From the NCBI GenBank assembly GCA_016185845.1, contig JACPMV010000046.1:1-56374 (forward strand): 56,374 nucleotides of DNA, given 5' to 3'. Position numbers and translations under genes: made by a program. The notes under the pieces are model-generated. The model was given only the letters and a program-made list of their open reading frames with translations, was not told the origin of the DNA and searched no databases. Numbering within the stretch: position 1 is the first letter of the stretch; each line of letters begins with the position of its first letter. This DNA is from Candidatus Woesearchaeota archaeon. Its GTDB lineage: Archaea; Nanobdellota; Nanobdellia; Woesearchaeales; GW2011-AR4. This document shows positions 44,691 to 53,681 of the stretch, in pieces.

Positions 44691-45359
44691 TTATCTGCTT
44701 CTAGCCACTCCAATTCGCGGGCATAATTGCCTTATGATGCATTTAGAGCAAATTGGAGACATTGTGACGCAAACATTTTGTCCATGCAATACGAAAAGAT
44801 CATTTAAGTCACCCCAATACTTTCTAGGAACTATCCTCATTAATTCATCCATAGTCTGTTCGGCATTTTTTGTTTTAATCCAGCCTAATCTGTTTGAGAT
44901 GACATGAACGTGCACATCTACAGGTATGTAATCGGATTTTTGATGCCCATACACCATTGTTATAGCTGCAGTTTTTTTCCCGACACCTTTTAATTTCATC
45001 AATTCATCAAAATTATTTGGAACCTTGCCGTCATACTTTTTGATAATATTCTTTGCTATCTCCTTTATCCTCTTCGATTTTGTTATGTAATAATTTACCG
45101 GTCTGATTATATTCTGTATTTTCTTCAGCGGCATTTTCGCAAGTTTTTTAGGGGTGTCTGCAACTTGAAAAAGTTTTAAAGAAACAGGCCCGGTTGTCCT
45201 GTCCTGCGTCCTTAAGCTCAGAATGCATGAGATTAAAACCTTGAAAGGGTCTTTTTGGATTTCCCCTATTTTAGAAACAACCGGATTATCAAAGTCTTTT
45301 ACTTCTTTTTTTAGAAGGGTGATTATTTTGGAGATGTTTTTTATTTTATTTTGTTGCAT
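44691..45359 (-). CDS. nth: Endonuclease III (HhH-GPD, 4Fe-4S)
   Basis: HhH LKGVGKKTAAI, catalytic-region DVHV, and the C-x6-C-x2-C-x5-C cluster (CVTMSPICSKCIIRQLC). Confidence 0.9.
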   Translation of the reverse strand: MQQNKIKNISKIITLLKKEVKDFDNPVVSKIGEIQKDPFKVLISCILSLRTQDRTTGPVSLKLFQVADTPKKLAKMPLKKIQNIIRPVNYYITKSKRIKEIAKNIIKKYDGKVPNNFDELMKLKGVGKKTAAITMVYGHQKSDYIPVDVHVHVISNRLGWIKTKNAEQTMDELMRIVPRKYWGDLNDLFVLHGQNVCVTMSPICSKCIIRQLCPRIGVARSR

Positions 45360-45360
45360 T

Positions 45361-45969
45361 TTAAAGAATTTTGATTATTCCGAGTATTGCATCTGGTTTC
45401 CTATTAGGATTTTTGAAAATAAATCCATCTTTTTTAATCTCTTTTTCTCTTCCTTTATACCTGTGTTCTACAACTTCCAGCTGATTTGGGTCATAAACTA
45501 CGGCAATATCTATTCTTATTGGTTTTTTCCTATCTGCAATAGGCCAGTAATAAAATGGCTCAATGAATTGTTTAAAATATTCTTCATTCTTCTTTATTGT
45601 AAATGGAAGGGCAAATAAGTCTATATGCTTTTTATCAATATTTTTATATCTGTCACCTTTTCTTTTAGAATCATACCTATCATGCCCCATTTTCTTAATT
45701 ATATTAATTAATTCACTGATTGATTTGCCTTTATGCTCTTCAGAACTAAGTGCCCTTATTACAACTTTTTTTCCAAGGAAACGTTTTTTCAGGCAATTGT
45801 CAATTTTTGCGCTAATTTTAGCAAAATCCGGCTTATTATCTAAATAAACTTTGGGAATTTTAAGATTGTACCAAGGAGTTCCAGCATATTCAATTTTTTT
45901 GGAAGTTTTTCTGAATTGCTTGAATTTATATTCAGGAACTCTTACTTGATAAACTGGTATTTTTATCAT
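45361..45969 (-). CDS. 202-aa basic protein of unknown function inside the repair operon
   Basis: ORF flanked at 1-2 nt by ogg and nth. Lys/Arg/Tyr-rich with no recognised motif. Confidence 0.55.
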   Translation of the reverse strand: MIKIPVYQVRVPEYKFKQFRKTSKKIEYAGTPWYNLKIPKVYLDNKPDFAKISAKIDNCLKKRFLGKKVVIRALSSEEHKGKSISELINIIKKMGHDRYDSKRKGDRYKNIDKKHIDLFALPFTIKKNEEYFKQFIEPFYYWPIADRKKPIRIDIAVVYDPNQLEVVEHRYKGREKEIKKDGFIFKNPNRKPDAILGIIKIL

Positions 45970-45970
45970 T

Positions 45971-46672
45971 TCACTTCAAAATCCTTCCGTTCTTCCTGCT
46001 CCAAAGCAGTAAATCCAGTTCATCCATGCCGATTCCGACCTGTTTGGAAAAATCAATGAATTTCTGCTCTATCTCAAGATAATTTCTTGCATTCTTCGGC
46101 TTGTCATTTGTACTCAAAACGCCGAATTCATGAAGGGAATTTATTATATGCTTGTCAAGGATTGCATAGCCCTTGAACCCTATGTTCCTAAGGAAATGGC
46201 TAGCTTCCTTGTAGGCCAGCCCCTTGATGTCCTTGTTCAGCGCAAAAAAATCCCTCAGCTCGTTTTTGTCCCTGAATGAAAGAATCTTATTTTTCAGCCT
46301 GAAGCCTATAATATTTTTGAGGTATTCTCTCGTGTGCACGATGTAAGCTGCCCTTGCATTGCTGAACCTATGCACTCCTTTCAATCTTTCTGATATCCTC
46401 TCTGCATTTTCTGCATAGATAATATTCCTGATAGCATCTATTGACCTCAGCCCCATCTCGGCGCTGGCATTTGCAGTGCAGATGCAAAAAGAAAGCTCTT
46501 CAAATATCCTTTCATCATCATTTTTTCCAGACGGCAGCAATTTCATCTCGTTGCCGGCATAATGCCACGAATAAGGCTCGTTAAAGAATTTTCCAAATTG
46601 GTCAAGCCTTTCTTTTATCCTGTCTTTTTTGACTGAATACTCTTCCCTTAATCTCTCTATGTCCATAATCAA
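45971..46672 (-). CDS. ogg: Archaeal-type N-glycosylase/DNA lyase (Ogg2-like 8-oxoguanine glycosylase)
   Basis: GLAYKEASHFLRNIGFKGYAILDKHI gives an HhH with catalytic Lys and Asp contexts. The size is typical of Ogg2. Confidence 0.75.
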   Translation of the reverse strand: MIMDIERLREEYSVKKDRIKERLDQFGKFFNEPYSWHYAGNEMKLLPSGKNDDERIFEELSFCICTANASAEMGLRSIDAIRNIIYAENAERISERLKGVHRFSNARAAYIVHTREYLKNIIGFRLKNKILSFRDKNELRDFFALNKDIKGLAYKEASHFLRNIGFKGYAILDKHIINSLHEFGVLSTNDKPKNARNYLEIEQKFIDFSKQVGIGMDELDLLLWSRKNGRILK

Positions 46673-47178
46673 TGGATTATTCTGTGTTTTTTAAAGTTTG
46701 TTCTCTTTTTCTTTGCCCTGTTGTGGGCTATCCTAACAAAAACAATCATCAAAGCCCCGTAATTCAGCAGCATGAACCATCCTGTTGCCCAGCTTATCCC
46801 GTCAAACTTGTAATCCGACAAGGGCCATAAAAACGGAGTTGGAAAAAACCTGAATGAATGCGTCGGTATATCGATCAGTATGTGGATTGCCCAGGCAGCC
46901 AAGGGCCAGAACCATTTTTTCGTTATAAAATATATCAATAAAAATACTGCAAAGAAAATTATAAAGCTGTGCGTCATATTGTAGGCTGCAAAAAGCCATG
47001 TAGGCAGGGTTTCTAAAGCAGGCCTGCCCCTTACCAAGTCGCCATTTACCAAATTTGCAGCAAACAATATTCCAAAAGACAATAAATCCGGCAGAATCCC
47101 AAATAAAGTTGCAAGCCACGCATACTTTCTTTTATGGAAAACTGCAAAACTCCACAATCCATGGGCTAAAGTGTCCAT
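46669..47178 (-). CDS. Membrane-bound metal-dependent hydrolase (YdjM/DUF457-like)
   Basis: N-terminal MDTLAHGLW and several TM helices with conserved His residues. 4-nt overlap with ogg. Confidence 0.6.
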   Translation of the reverse strand: MDTLAHGLWSFAVFHKRKYAWLATLFGILPDLLSFGILFAANLVNGDLVRGRPALETLPTWLFAAYNMTHSFIIFFAVFLLIYFITKKWFWPLAAWAIHILIDIPTHSFRFFPTPFLWPLSDYKFDGISWATGWFMLLNYGALMIVFVRIAHNRAKKKRTNFKKHRIIH

Positions 47179-47281
47179 TAACTGGAGCCTCGGTTAACAC
47201 GGCAATCAAGTGGAATTTCGGCGACATGCGAACCTCGCTCACAATTTTCCAACTCAATTCCACGAATTTTACTTAACAAGT

Positions 47282-48457
47282 TCATTCTGACACTGCCTCT
47301 ACATGGGCCGTCCTATACTCTTTATTGTTCTTCATAAGATAATAGAAGATTATCGTTCCTGCCAATGTTATTATTGCCGATGATATAAAAACAACTGTAA
47401 GGTTTGTGGCTACCATTATCAATCCTGCTATCATTGGACCTATCCCGGCCCCTATCCCGAATGCAGTATTAAAAATTCCCATCACAGAGCCCATTCCCAT
47501 CTTTCTTCCGAGCTTTGCCGTTATCGCGCTGCCTGCAGGTATTGAAACAGCCGAGCCGAATCCCATAATCAGGTTTAGGGCAAGCAGCGAATAAAATCCC
47601 GTTGCAAAAGGCATTAGCAATAATGAAGCCGCCATTATGAAAGTCCCTATTATTGTCATCATAATCTTGTCTTTTTTGTCAGCCACAATCCCGAAATATC
47701 TTTGAAAGGCAGAAGAGACTATCAAATTAGTGCTGACCATGAATCCAATCTGAAATATTGTTACATCCAGTCTTTGCGCGAGCAATGGCAAAAAGCCCAT
47801 CAGTGCAGCTATACCATAGGCATTTAGCAGCCTGAAAATTATCATTGCCTGCATCGTTTTGTCTTTCATTATAACTTTCATCGAAGATGGCTTTATTTTT
47901 TTATGGGCGTTAATCTCCGGCAGCATGAAAATCAGCAGAAGCAGGGATAAAAAGCTGATTGCGCCCATTGTGTAGAACGCGGCATTCATGCTCCACAGGT
48001 CGTGCAGCGACCCTCCAATTATAGGCCCGAAGGCCATGCCCATGAAAAAAGCTATTGTGAATGTTCCAAGATATTTTCCTTCCTGGTTTTTTGGCGCAAT
48101 ATCGCCTATGTAAGCCATTGCTATCGGCAAAATCATTGCAGACGCCAGCCCATGAAAAAACCTGACTGCTGTAAGTGAAATCACAGTATGCGAGGCTGCA
48201 TAGAAAAACGAAAGTATTGTGTATCCGATAAGTCCTGCAATCATGATATTTTTTCTTCCGCTTAAATCAGACCATCTTCCTATCAAAGGAGTAAAAATGG
48301 CTCTTGACAGAGTAAACGCTCCGAATATCAGCCCGATAAAGAATCCGTTTGCCCCAAGGCTTTCTGCATAGATACCCATGAACGGCTCTATAATGCCGAC
48401 TCCGAGCATTGTAGCAAAGACAGCGATGAAAAGCACTGTAAAAATCCTTTTTTCCAT
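47282..48457 (-). CDS. MFS transporter
   Basis: About 12 TM helices with the loop 2-3 motif GRWSDLSGRK. Confidence 0.8.
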   Translation of the reverse strand: MEKRIFTVLFIAVFATMLGVGIIEPFMGIYAESLGANGFFIGLIFGAFTLSRAIFTPLIGRWSDLSGRKNIMIAGLIGYTILSFFYAASHTVISLTAVRFFHGLASAMILPIAMAYIGDIAPKNQEGKYLGTFTIAFFMGMAFGPIIGGSLHDLWSMNAAFYTMGAISFLSLLLLIFMLPEINAHKKIKPSSMKVIMKDKTMQAMIIFRLLNAYGIAALMGFLPLLAQRLDVTIFQIGFMVSTNLIVSSAFQRYFGIVADKKDKIMMTIIGTFIMAASLLLMPFATGFYSLLALNLIMGFGSAVSIPAGSAITAKLGRKMGMGSVMGIFNTAFGIGAGIGPMIAGLIMVATNLTVVFISSAIITLAGTIIFYYLMKNNKEYRTAHVEAVSE

Positions 48458-48481
48458 GCATCTGGAAAAGTTTAGATGTTT

Positions 48482-49045
48482 TTAAGAGTTGCTGTTTATT
48501 GATTTATTTATCAGCTCAAGAAGCTGCGGGAATTTCTCAAATCCTGCTTTTTTATTTAAGTGCCCTCCGTTTTTTATTATATGCAGCTCGGCGTCAAGCA
48601 AAACCGCAAGCTGCCTTGTTGTTTCTATTGATATGTACTCGTCATTGTCGGAGCCTATAACAAAGAAATGCCCGCAATTCTCAATTATCCTGCTCCAGTT
48701 GAATTTCTTGTCATCAAAGCTTTTGTTTAATTCCTTAAATTCATTTTCCAGAGGCCTATGCCAACCAGCCACTAAAAAAGCTGCTTTTATTTCCCTGTCC
48801 GACTGCTCCAAATAATTTAATATGAAATTTGCTCCCAGACTGTGCCCTATCATCACAGTATCTGCATTTATCTTGTCTTCATATTTTTTAATGATTTTAA
48901 GCCAGCTTTCAAGAGACTGGCCTACAGGCGTAGGAAATTTTGGCACAATAACTTCGTAGCCTTTTTGCTCCAATTCTTCCTTCAGCCAGGGGAACCAGTT
49001 CTCTTCCGGATGGCCGTAGATTCCGTGAATTATGAAGAAGTTCAT
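48482..49045 (-). CDS. Alpha/beta serine hydrolase (YdeN/RBBP9-like)
   Basis: Nucleophile elbow GHSLG, later Asp and His (GGHLN) contexts, and a size of about 187 aa. Confidence 0.65.
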   Translation of the reverse strand: MNFFIIHGIYGHPEENWFPWLKEELEQKGYEVIVPKFPTPVGQSLESWLKIIKKYEDKINADTVMIGHSLGANFILNYLEQSDREIKAAFLVAGWHRPLENEFKELNKSFDDKKFNWSRIIENCGHFFVIGSDNDEYISIETTRQLAVLLDAELHIIKNGGHLNKKAGFEKFPQLLELINKSINSNS

Positions 49046-49560
49046 TTTATCCTCGCGTAAAGATACATGTCCACAAACTCACCATCTTTTATTCTGTGCT
49101 TTCTTAAAAGTCCTTCTTTTTTGAATTTATTTTTTATAAGCACTGTTACAGAATTCTTGTTTTTTAAAAAAACATAAGCGTACAGCCTGTCAAGCTTCAG
49201 CTTTTTAAAGGAAAAATCAACAACAGTTTTTATAGCTTCTGTCATTATTCCCTGATTCCAGTATAGTCTGCCAACCCAATAACCAATTTCTGCTTTGTGT
49301 TTTTCTATATTCTTTAGGCTTATGCTGCCTACAAATTTTTTGTTTTTTTCAATCACAAAAATAATTTCTTTTATAGGTTTTTTTCTTGCAGTTTTTTGGC
49401 AGCGTTTTATCCATTTTTTTGCACGATTTAATGTAAATGGATATTTAACTCCAGTCATGAACTGTATTATTTTTATGTCATTGAAATTCTCATATAAATC
49501 TTGAGCATCCTTGGTGCTGTAAGGCCTTAAGATAATGTTTTTTGATTTTAGAACTGCCAT
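49042..49560 (-). CDS. GNAT N-acetyltransferase (RimJ/RimL-like)
   Basis: Typical length, with a WNQGIMTEA acetyl-CoA pocket region. Confidence 0.7.
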   Translation of the reverse strand: MAVLKSKNIILRPYSTKDAQDLYENFNDIKIIQFMTGVKYPFTLNRAKKWIKRCQKTARKKPIKEIIFVIEKNKKFVGSISLKNIEKHKAEIGYWVGRLYWNQGIMTEAIKTVVDFSFKKLKLDRLYAYVFLKNKNSVTVLIKNKFKKEGLLRKHRIKDGEFVDMYLYARIK

Positions 49561-49561
49561 T

Positions 49562-51316
49562 TTATCTCCTGAAAAAATCCTTCAGCGTAATCTGCTCATC
49601 CCTTTTCGAGCTTAGGTAAATGACCTGCCCTTCTCTAGAACCAAACCTGTAGATTGAGATTCCCTTGCAGCCAAGCTCATAAGCCATGGTGAATATTTTC
49701 CCGGCATCTTCAACAGTCGCGTCTTTCGGCAAAGTCACCGTTTTTGAAATCCCGTTGTCAACATATTTTTGGAAAGCAGCCTGCATTCTTACATGCCATT
49801 CCGGAGCTATGTCGGATCCGACAACAAATATCCTCCTCGTCATTGCAGGTATCTCATCAATGTTTTTGATTGAGCCTTCCCGGTTTATCCTTTCAATGAT
49901 CCCATCATCATATGACTTATTTTTAATCAGCGCCTTCTTTAGACTTTCATTGAAATAAACCAAAGTTTTCCCTTCTGCTGTCTTTCTCGCATAGCTCAGC
50001 GCAAACAAGGGCTCGATTCCGCTTGAAGCGTCTGCAATTATGCTTATTGTGCCCGTAGGGGCTATTGTAGTTAAAGTGGCATTTCTCAGCTTGATTTTTT
50101 TATTCTTGGAATTATAAATGCTGTTTTTCCACGACGGAAAAACCCCCCTTGATTCTGCTAATTCCGTGGAAGCCCCTTTTGCCTCTTTAGAAATAAACTT
50201 CATTATTTCTTCCGCTGTTTTCAATCCTTCATTAGAATCATACGGAATTCCAAGCTTGATAAGCATATCAGCAAAGCCCATTATTCCCAGGCCTATCTTC
50301 CTGTTTTTTTCAACGATTTTCATGTTTTCTTTCAAAGGATACTCGCACATGTCTATTACATTGTCAAGAAGATGCACTGACGCATGAATGGTTTTTTTCA
50401 ATTTTGCATAGTCTATTCTTCCATTGCCGGCCATATTGGATAGGTTTATGCTTCCCAGATTGCATGACTCATAAGGCAGCAATGGCTGTTCCCCGCAGCT
50501 GTCCGTTGACTCTATTTTTCCAAGCTTTGGCGTTGGATTGAACTGGTTTATCCTGTCAATGAAAATAACTCCCGGATCTCCGTTGAGCCACGCCTGTTCG
50601 CAAATTAATTTAAAAATACTTCTAGCACTTTCCTTTTTTACTGTTTTTTTAGTTCTTGGGCTCACTAAGCTGTAGCTTTTGTTTTTTCTTACAGCATCCA
50701 TGAATTCATCGGTTATCGCAACAGAAACATTGAAATTCGTCAGGACATTTTCCTTGCTTTTTACAGTTATCAAATCTTCTATATCCGGATGGTCCGCATT
50801 CAAAATGCCCATGTTTGCGCCCCTTAAATTTCCCCCCAGCTTGATCTGCTCTGTTGCGGCGTCAAAGATTTTCATGAAAGAGATGGGCCCTGAAGTAAAT
50901 CCTGAGCTTTCTATTATGTCCCCTTTCGGCCTCAGTCTTGAGAAATTGAAGCCTGTTCCTGCCCCTGTCTTGTGTACCAGCGCAGTGTCATGCAGCGTCT
51001 TGAATATTGAATCTATTCCGTCTTCAATCGGCAGCACAAAGCAGGCTGCCAATTGCTGCAGCTTTCTTCCGGCGTTCAATAAGGTCGGGGAATTCGGCAG
51101 AAAATCCAATGAGGACATTAAATTATAAAATTCCTGCTCTGTTTTCTTGATATTTTTTTTCGAATTCCGGTATTTTCCGTCTGCCTGCGCAATATTTTTT
51201 GCAACTCTCCTGAACATGTCTTCCGGCTTTTCGATTACCCTGCCTTTTGCGTTCTTTTTCAGGTATCTCTGCTCAAGGATTGTCAGCGCATTTTTTGAAA
51301 GATTGATTTTTGGCAT
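49562..51316 (-). CDS. nrdJ: Class II (adenosylcobalamin-dependent) ribonucleotide reductase, short intein-free paralog
   Basis: TGAGTGFNFS, GANMGIL, thiyl-radical loop DSCGEQPLLPYESCNLGSINL and TIAPTGTIS. Confidence 0.85.
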   Translation of the reverse strand: MPKINLSKNALTILEQRYLKKNAKGRVIEKPEDMFRRVAKNIAQADGKYRNSKKNIKKTEQEFYNLMSSLDFLPNSPTLLNAGRKLQQLAACFVLPIEDGIDSIFKTLHDTALVHKTGAGTGFNFSRLRPKGDIIESSGFTSGPISFMKIFDAATEQIKLGGNLRGANMGILNADHPDIEDLITVKSKENVLTNFNVSVAITDEFMDAVRKNKSYSLVSPRTKKTVKKESARSIFKLICEQAWLNGDPGVIFIDRINQFNPTPKLGKIESTDSCGEQPLLPYESCNLGSINLSNMAGNGRIDYAKLKKTIHASVHLLDNVIDMCEYPLKENMKIVEKNRKIGLGIMGFADMLIKLGIPYDSNEGLKTAEEIMKFISKEAKGASTELAESRGVFPSWKNSIYNSKNKKIKLRNATLTTIAPTGTISIIADASSGIEPLFALSYARKTAEGKTLVYFNESLKKALIKNKSYDDGIIERINREGSIKNIDEIPAMTRRIFVVGSDIAPEWHVRMQAAFQKYVDNGISKTVTLPKDATVEDAGKIFTMAYELGCKGISIYRFGSREGQVIYLSSKRDEQITLKDFFRR

Positions 51317-51317
51317 T

Positions 51318-51704
51318 TTACTTTACAAATTCAACTCCAGTTTTATCTTCAAATTTCATATCTCCGGTTAAAAATGGCACTTCACTTGATAATGCGTATA
51401 TATACCCCATGCAATCTATATAGCTTAGTTTCTCTTTTTTGTGCAGATATTTTAATTCCATTGCCCCTTGAATCATGCTTTTTGGTATTATCACTGCCGA
51501 GTCTTCCCATTCTGCAAAATATTTTTCAGCTATACCCCTTCCAAAATCTCTTAACAGCGAATAATAGAGTTCCATCAGGTTTAGCTCTGAAGTCACCAGA
51601 ATAAAGTCTGTGTATTTGCTGTAATTTTTATTGCCTTTGATTATTTCTATCAGGGCATAAGTATCACAAAAGAAGGTTTTAATGCTCATCATATCCTTCG
51701 TCAA
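51318..51704 (-). CDS. vapC: PIN-domain toxin (VapC-like)
   Basis: FFCDTYALIE, SELNLMEL, YIDCMGY and LTGDMKF. Confidence 0.7.
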   Translation of the reverse strand: MTKDMMSIKTFFCDTYALIEIIKGNKNYSKYTDFILVTSELNLMELYYSLLRDFGRGIAEKYFAEWEDSAVIIPKSMIQGAMELKYLHKKEKLSYIDCMGYIYALSSEVPFLTGDMKFEDKTGVEFVK

Positions 51705-51912
51705 TCTCGTCCATAATCTGCTGGGTCGGCTTCTTGATTTTTAGTGTTCCAAATAGTTTCTTTATCTTCTGCCTGCTGTCTCCCATAACTAAAAATATCG
51801 CTTCCTTATTCATTTTCAGGTTTTCTGATTTTATTATCTCTGTAGGTATAGTAACGCCGAGCGAATTTCCCCATTTTTTAGGCGCGGCTTTGAATTGCTC
51901 CATTTTTATCAC
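51679..51912 (-). CDS. vapB: AbrB/SpoVT-type antitoxin
   Basis: PKKWGNSLGVTIPTEII. Overlaps the PIN gene. Confidence 0.7.
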   Translation of the reverse strand: MIKMEQFKAAPKKWGNSLGVTIPTEIIKSENLKMNKEAIFLVMGDSRQKIKKLFGTLKIKKPTQQIMDEIDEGYDEH

Positions 51913-51973
51913 CTTCTTATATGTATAATTTAATTATATTTAAACCTTTGCTTTTTATGCAATCCATAAATAA

Positions 51974-52060
51974 CGCAAATTCGACACTTGGTGCCAGTCG
52001 AATTTGCGGGATTGAAAATTGTCAGACTAAAATCTGGAAATTATACTGGCAATTTTCAAT
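51974..52060. promoter_or_regulatory. Two long inverted repeats in a divergent intergenic region
   Basis: cgcaaattcgac-N11-gtcgaatttgcg is a perfect 12-bp inverted repeat (51974-52008). attgaaaattgtcag-N20-ctggcaattttcaat (52011-52060) matches at 14/15 and would allow a G-U pair in RNA. Confidence 0.5.
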
Positions 52061-52093
52061 AAATTTATATAAATTAAAGCTAAAGATGCTATT

Positions 52094-52378
52094 ATGGAGG
52101 AGCCTTTGTCAATAAAAGACGTGCACGACAGGCTGCAGGAGCTGCCTGGCTGGGAGATGCCAAGCCATACTGAGATTGCAAAGGAATTTGAGTTTGCAAA
52201 TTTCAGCGAAGCAATGGATTTTGTGAAGAAAGTGGGGGAAGAATCTGAAAGGCAGCACCATCATCCTGATATTCTGATAAGGGACAATAGGGTTTTGCTG
52301 ACTTTGACAACTCATGAAGATAATGGGCTGACTTACATGGACTTCAAGATGGCAAAGATTATAGAGCAGATGGTTTAA
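52094..52378 (+). CDS. Pterin-4a-carbinolamine dehydratase (PCD/DCoH)
   Basis: EFEFANFSEAMDFVKKVGEESERQHHHPDI signature. Confidence 0.8.
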   Translation: MEEPLSIKDVHDRLQELPGWEMPSHTEIAKEFEFANFSEAMDFVKKVGEESERQHHHPDILIRDNRVLLTLTTHEDNGLTYMDFKMAKIIEQMV

Positions 52379-52417
52379 GATAAGTGTGCGGGTTATAGGG
52401 AATTGAATATCAAATTT

Positions 52418-52726
52418 TTATTTGGCAACGACTTCTGCTTCGAGACCAGACACTTCTTCATTGTGCGTTTTCAATAGTGCGTCTATTTGTGCAACCTGCT
52501 CTGGCGTAAATGCATCCGGATTTTGATTATGGGATACTGCTTTTCTATTTTTATTCTCTGGTTTGCCAAGATGCTCAACAAATGCACGAACCAAAGAATC
52601 AAAATTACCGGGCTTGGGGGAAGTTCCATCAGAACGGGCATAAAATGTGTACCAGCCCGGGAAATTACCTGGATCAGCAAAACCATAAATGTACGACAGA
52701 GGAATTATTTCATTTGACTCAGCCAT
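52418..52726 (-). CDS. Hypothetical protein (102 aa)
   Basis: Longest ORF in this interval; the three overlapping ORFs are all shorter (67-76 aa). No motif recognised. Confidence 0.4.
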   Translation of the reverse strand: MAESNEIIPLSYIYGFADPGNFPGWYTFYARSDGTSPKPGNFDSLVRAFVEHLGKPENKNRKAVSHNQNPDAFTPEQVAQIDALLKTHNEEVSGLEAEVVAK

Positions 52727-52777
52727 ACTGATTAGAAATATGGCAGTGTTTAAATTATTTTCGCCGTTATTTACTAT

Positions 52778-53380
52778 CTAGTACTCAATCCCCTTTCTCG
52801 CGACAATGCCCTTCTGCCACGGATGCTTCAATCCTGAAACTACATTGACGTAATCTGCCGCATCCATCAGCTCTTTTGGAGCGTCCCTTCCCGTGAATAT
52901 TAATTCAACTTCGCCGTGATTTTTAGCTATATCAAGCACTTCCTGCAGCGGGATAAGCCCTTTAGCCAAAACGCAATTAATCTCGTCCATTACCACAACA
53001 TCAAAATTGCTGCTTTTGATTATGTTCTTTGCGTGCTCCCAGCCCTGCAATGCAGCCTCTTTCTCCTGGATATCCGGCTGGAAGACAAACCTTCCTGTCT
53101 TGTCCTTGAATTCCTGCAGGCTTTTCTGCTTCAGCGCATCAACGCCAAACTGCTCTATCTCGAAGCCAAGCTTCTTTGCGCCGTATAGCTCTCCTGTAAA
53201 GCCGCTTTTAAGAAACTGTATCATATGGACTCTCAGATTATTCCCGACTGCTCTTAATGCTATCCCCAAAGAGGAAGTTGTCTTTCCTTTTCCGTCTCCT
53301 GTGATGACATGAACAAGTCCAAGTTTGCCGGAGTCATCCCCTCTGACAGTAATCGGCTTTTTTATTTGAGTTAGTGACAT
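52778..53380 (-). CDS. cobA: Cob(I)yrinic acid a,c-diamide / cob(I)alamin adenosyltransferase (CobA/BtuR type)
   Basis: P-loop TGDGKGKTTSSLG, MDEINCVL and LIFTGRDAP. Confidence 0.8.
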   Translation of the reverse strand: MSLTQIKKPITVRGDDSGKLGLVHVITGDGKGKTTSSLGIALRAVGNNLRVHMIQFLKSGFTGELYGAKKLGFEIEQFGVDALKQKSLQEFKDKTGRFVFQPDIQEKEAALQGWEHAKNIIKSSNFDVVVMDEINCVLAKGLIPLQEVLDIAKNHGEVELIFTGRDAPKELMDAADYVNVVSGLKHPWQKGIVARKGIEY

Positions 53381-53681
53381 TTTATTGGAGATTTTTTAAT
53401 AGCATTTCTTTATTTTCAATCCGCTCACTTCGTTCGCAACAATTAGTGCTCGTTGTCGCTCCGATTGCCACATCGCGACAACTCGCCTATACATTTACTA
53501 ATGAAATCACAAGCGGTTCACTTTCTTAGCCTTTGGGGCAAAAAGTCGCTCTCGTTGATTTAAAAAATTTAATTTTGTTTTTGCCGTTTATTGTAAATGT
53601 AAGCACTATTTATTGATAAATCTATCTGCAAATCTCATCTCCTTTTTTAATGGTAAATTAAATAATAATAAAAGAAATAAA

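Noticed and set aside
44224-44907. Long ORFs antisense to confidently assigned genes. Examples are 44224-44907, 43129-43572, 55306-55839, 28140-28646, 28603-28980, 18993-19520, 18140-18559, 4897-5373 and 50679-51128.
   Set aside because: Each lies entirely opposite a gene with clear family motifs. Their translations are low-complexity Ser/Leu/Phe-rich shadows typical of the antisense frame of AT-rich coding DNA.
47179-47281. A tRNA-like or structured RNA in the spacer, suggested by ggttcgcat and an 8-bp gtggaatt/aattccac inverted pair.
   Set aside because: No acceptor, T-arm or anticodon-arm geometry can be built. The T-loop-like string lacks complementary flanks.
53381-53681. A possible cobalamin riboswitch in the 300-bp spacer between cobA and the intein-containing nrdJ.
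   Set aside because: I could not find a B12-box-like core or the expected multi-stem arrangement on either strand. Only a modest 8-bp hairpin (gttgtcgc..gcgacaac) is present, and riboswitches are rare in archaea. A covariance-model scan would be needed to overturn this.
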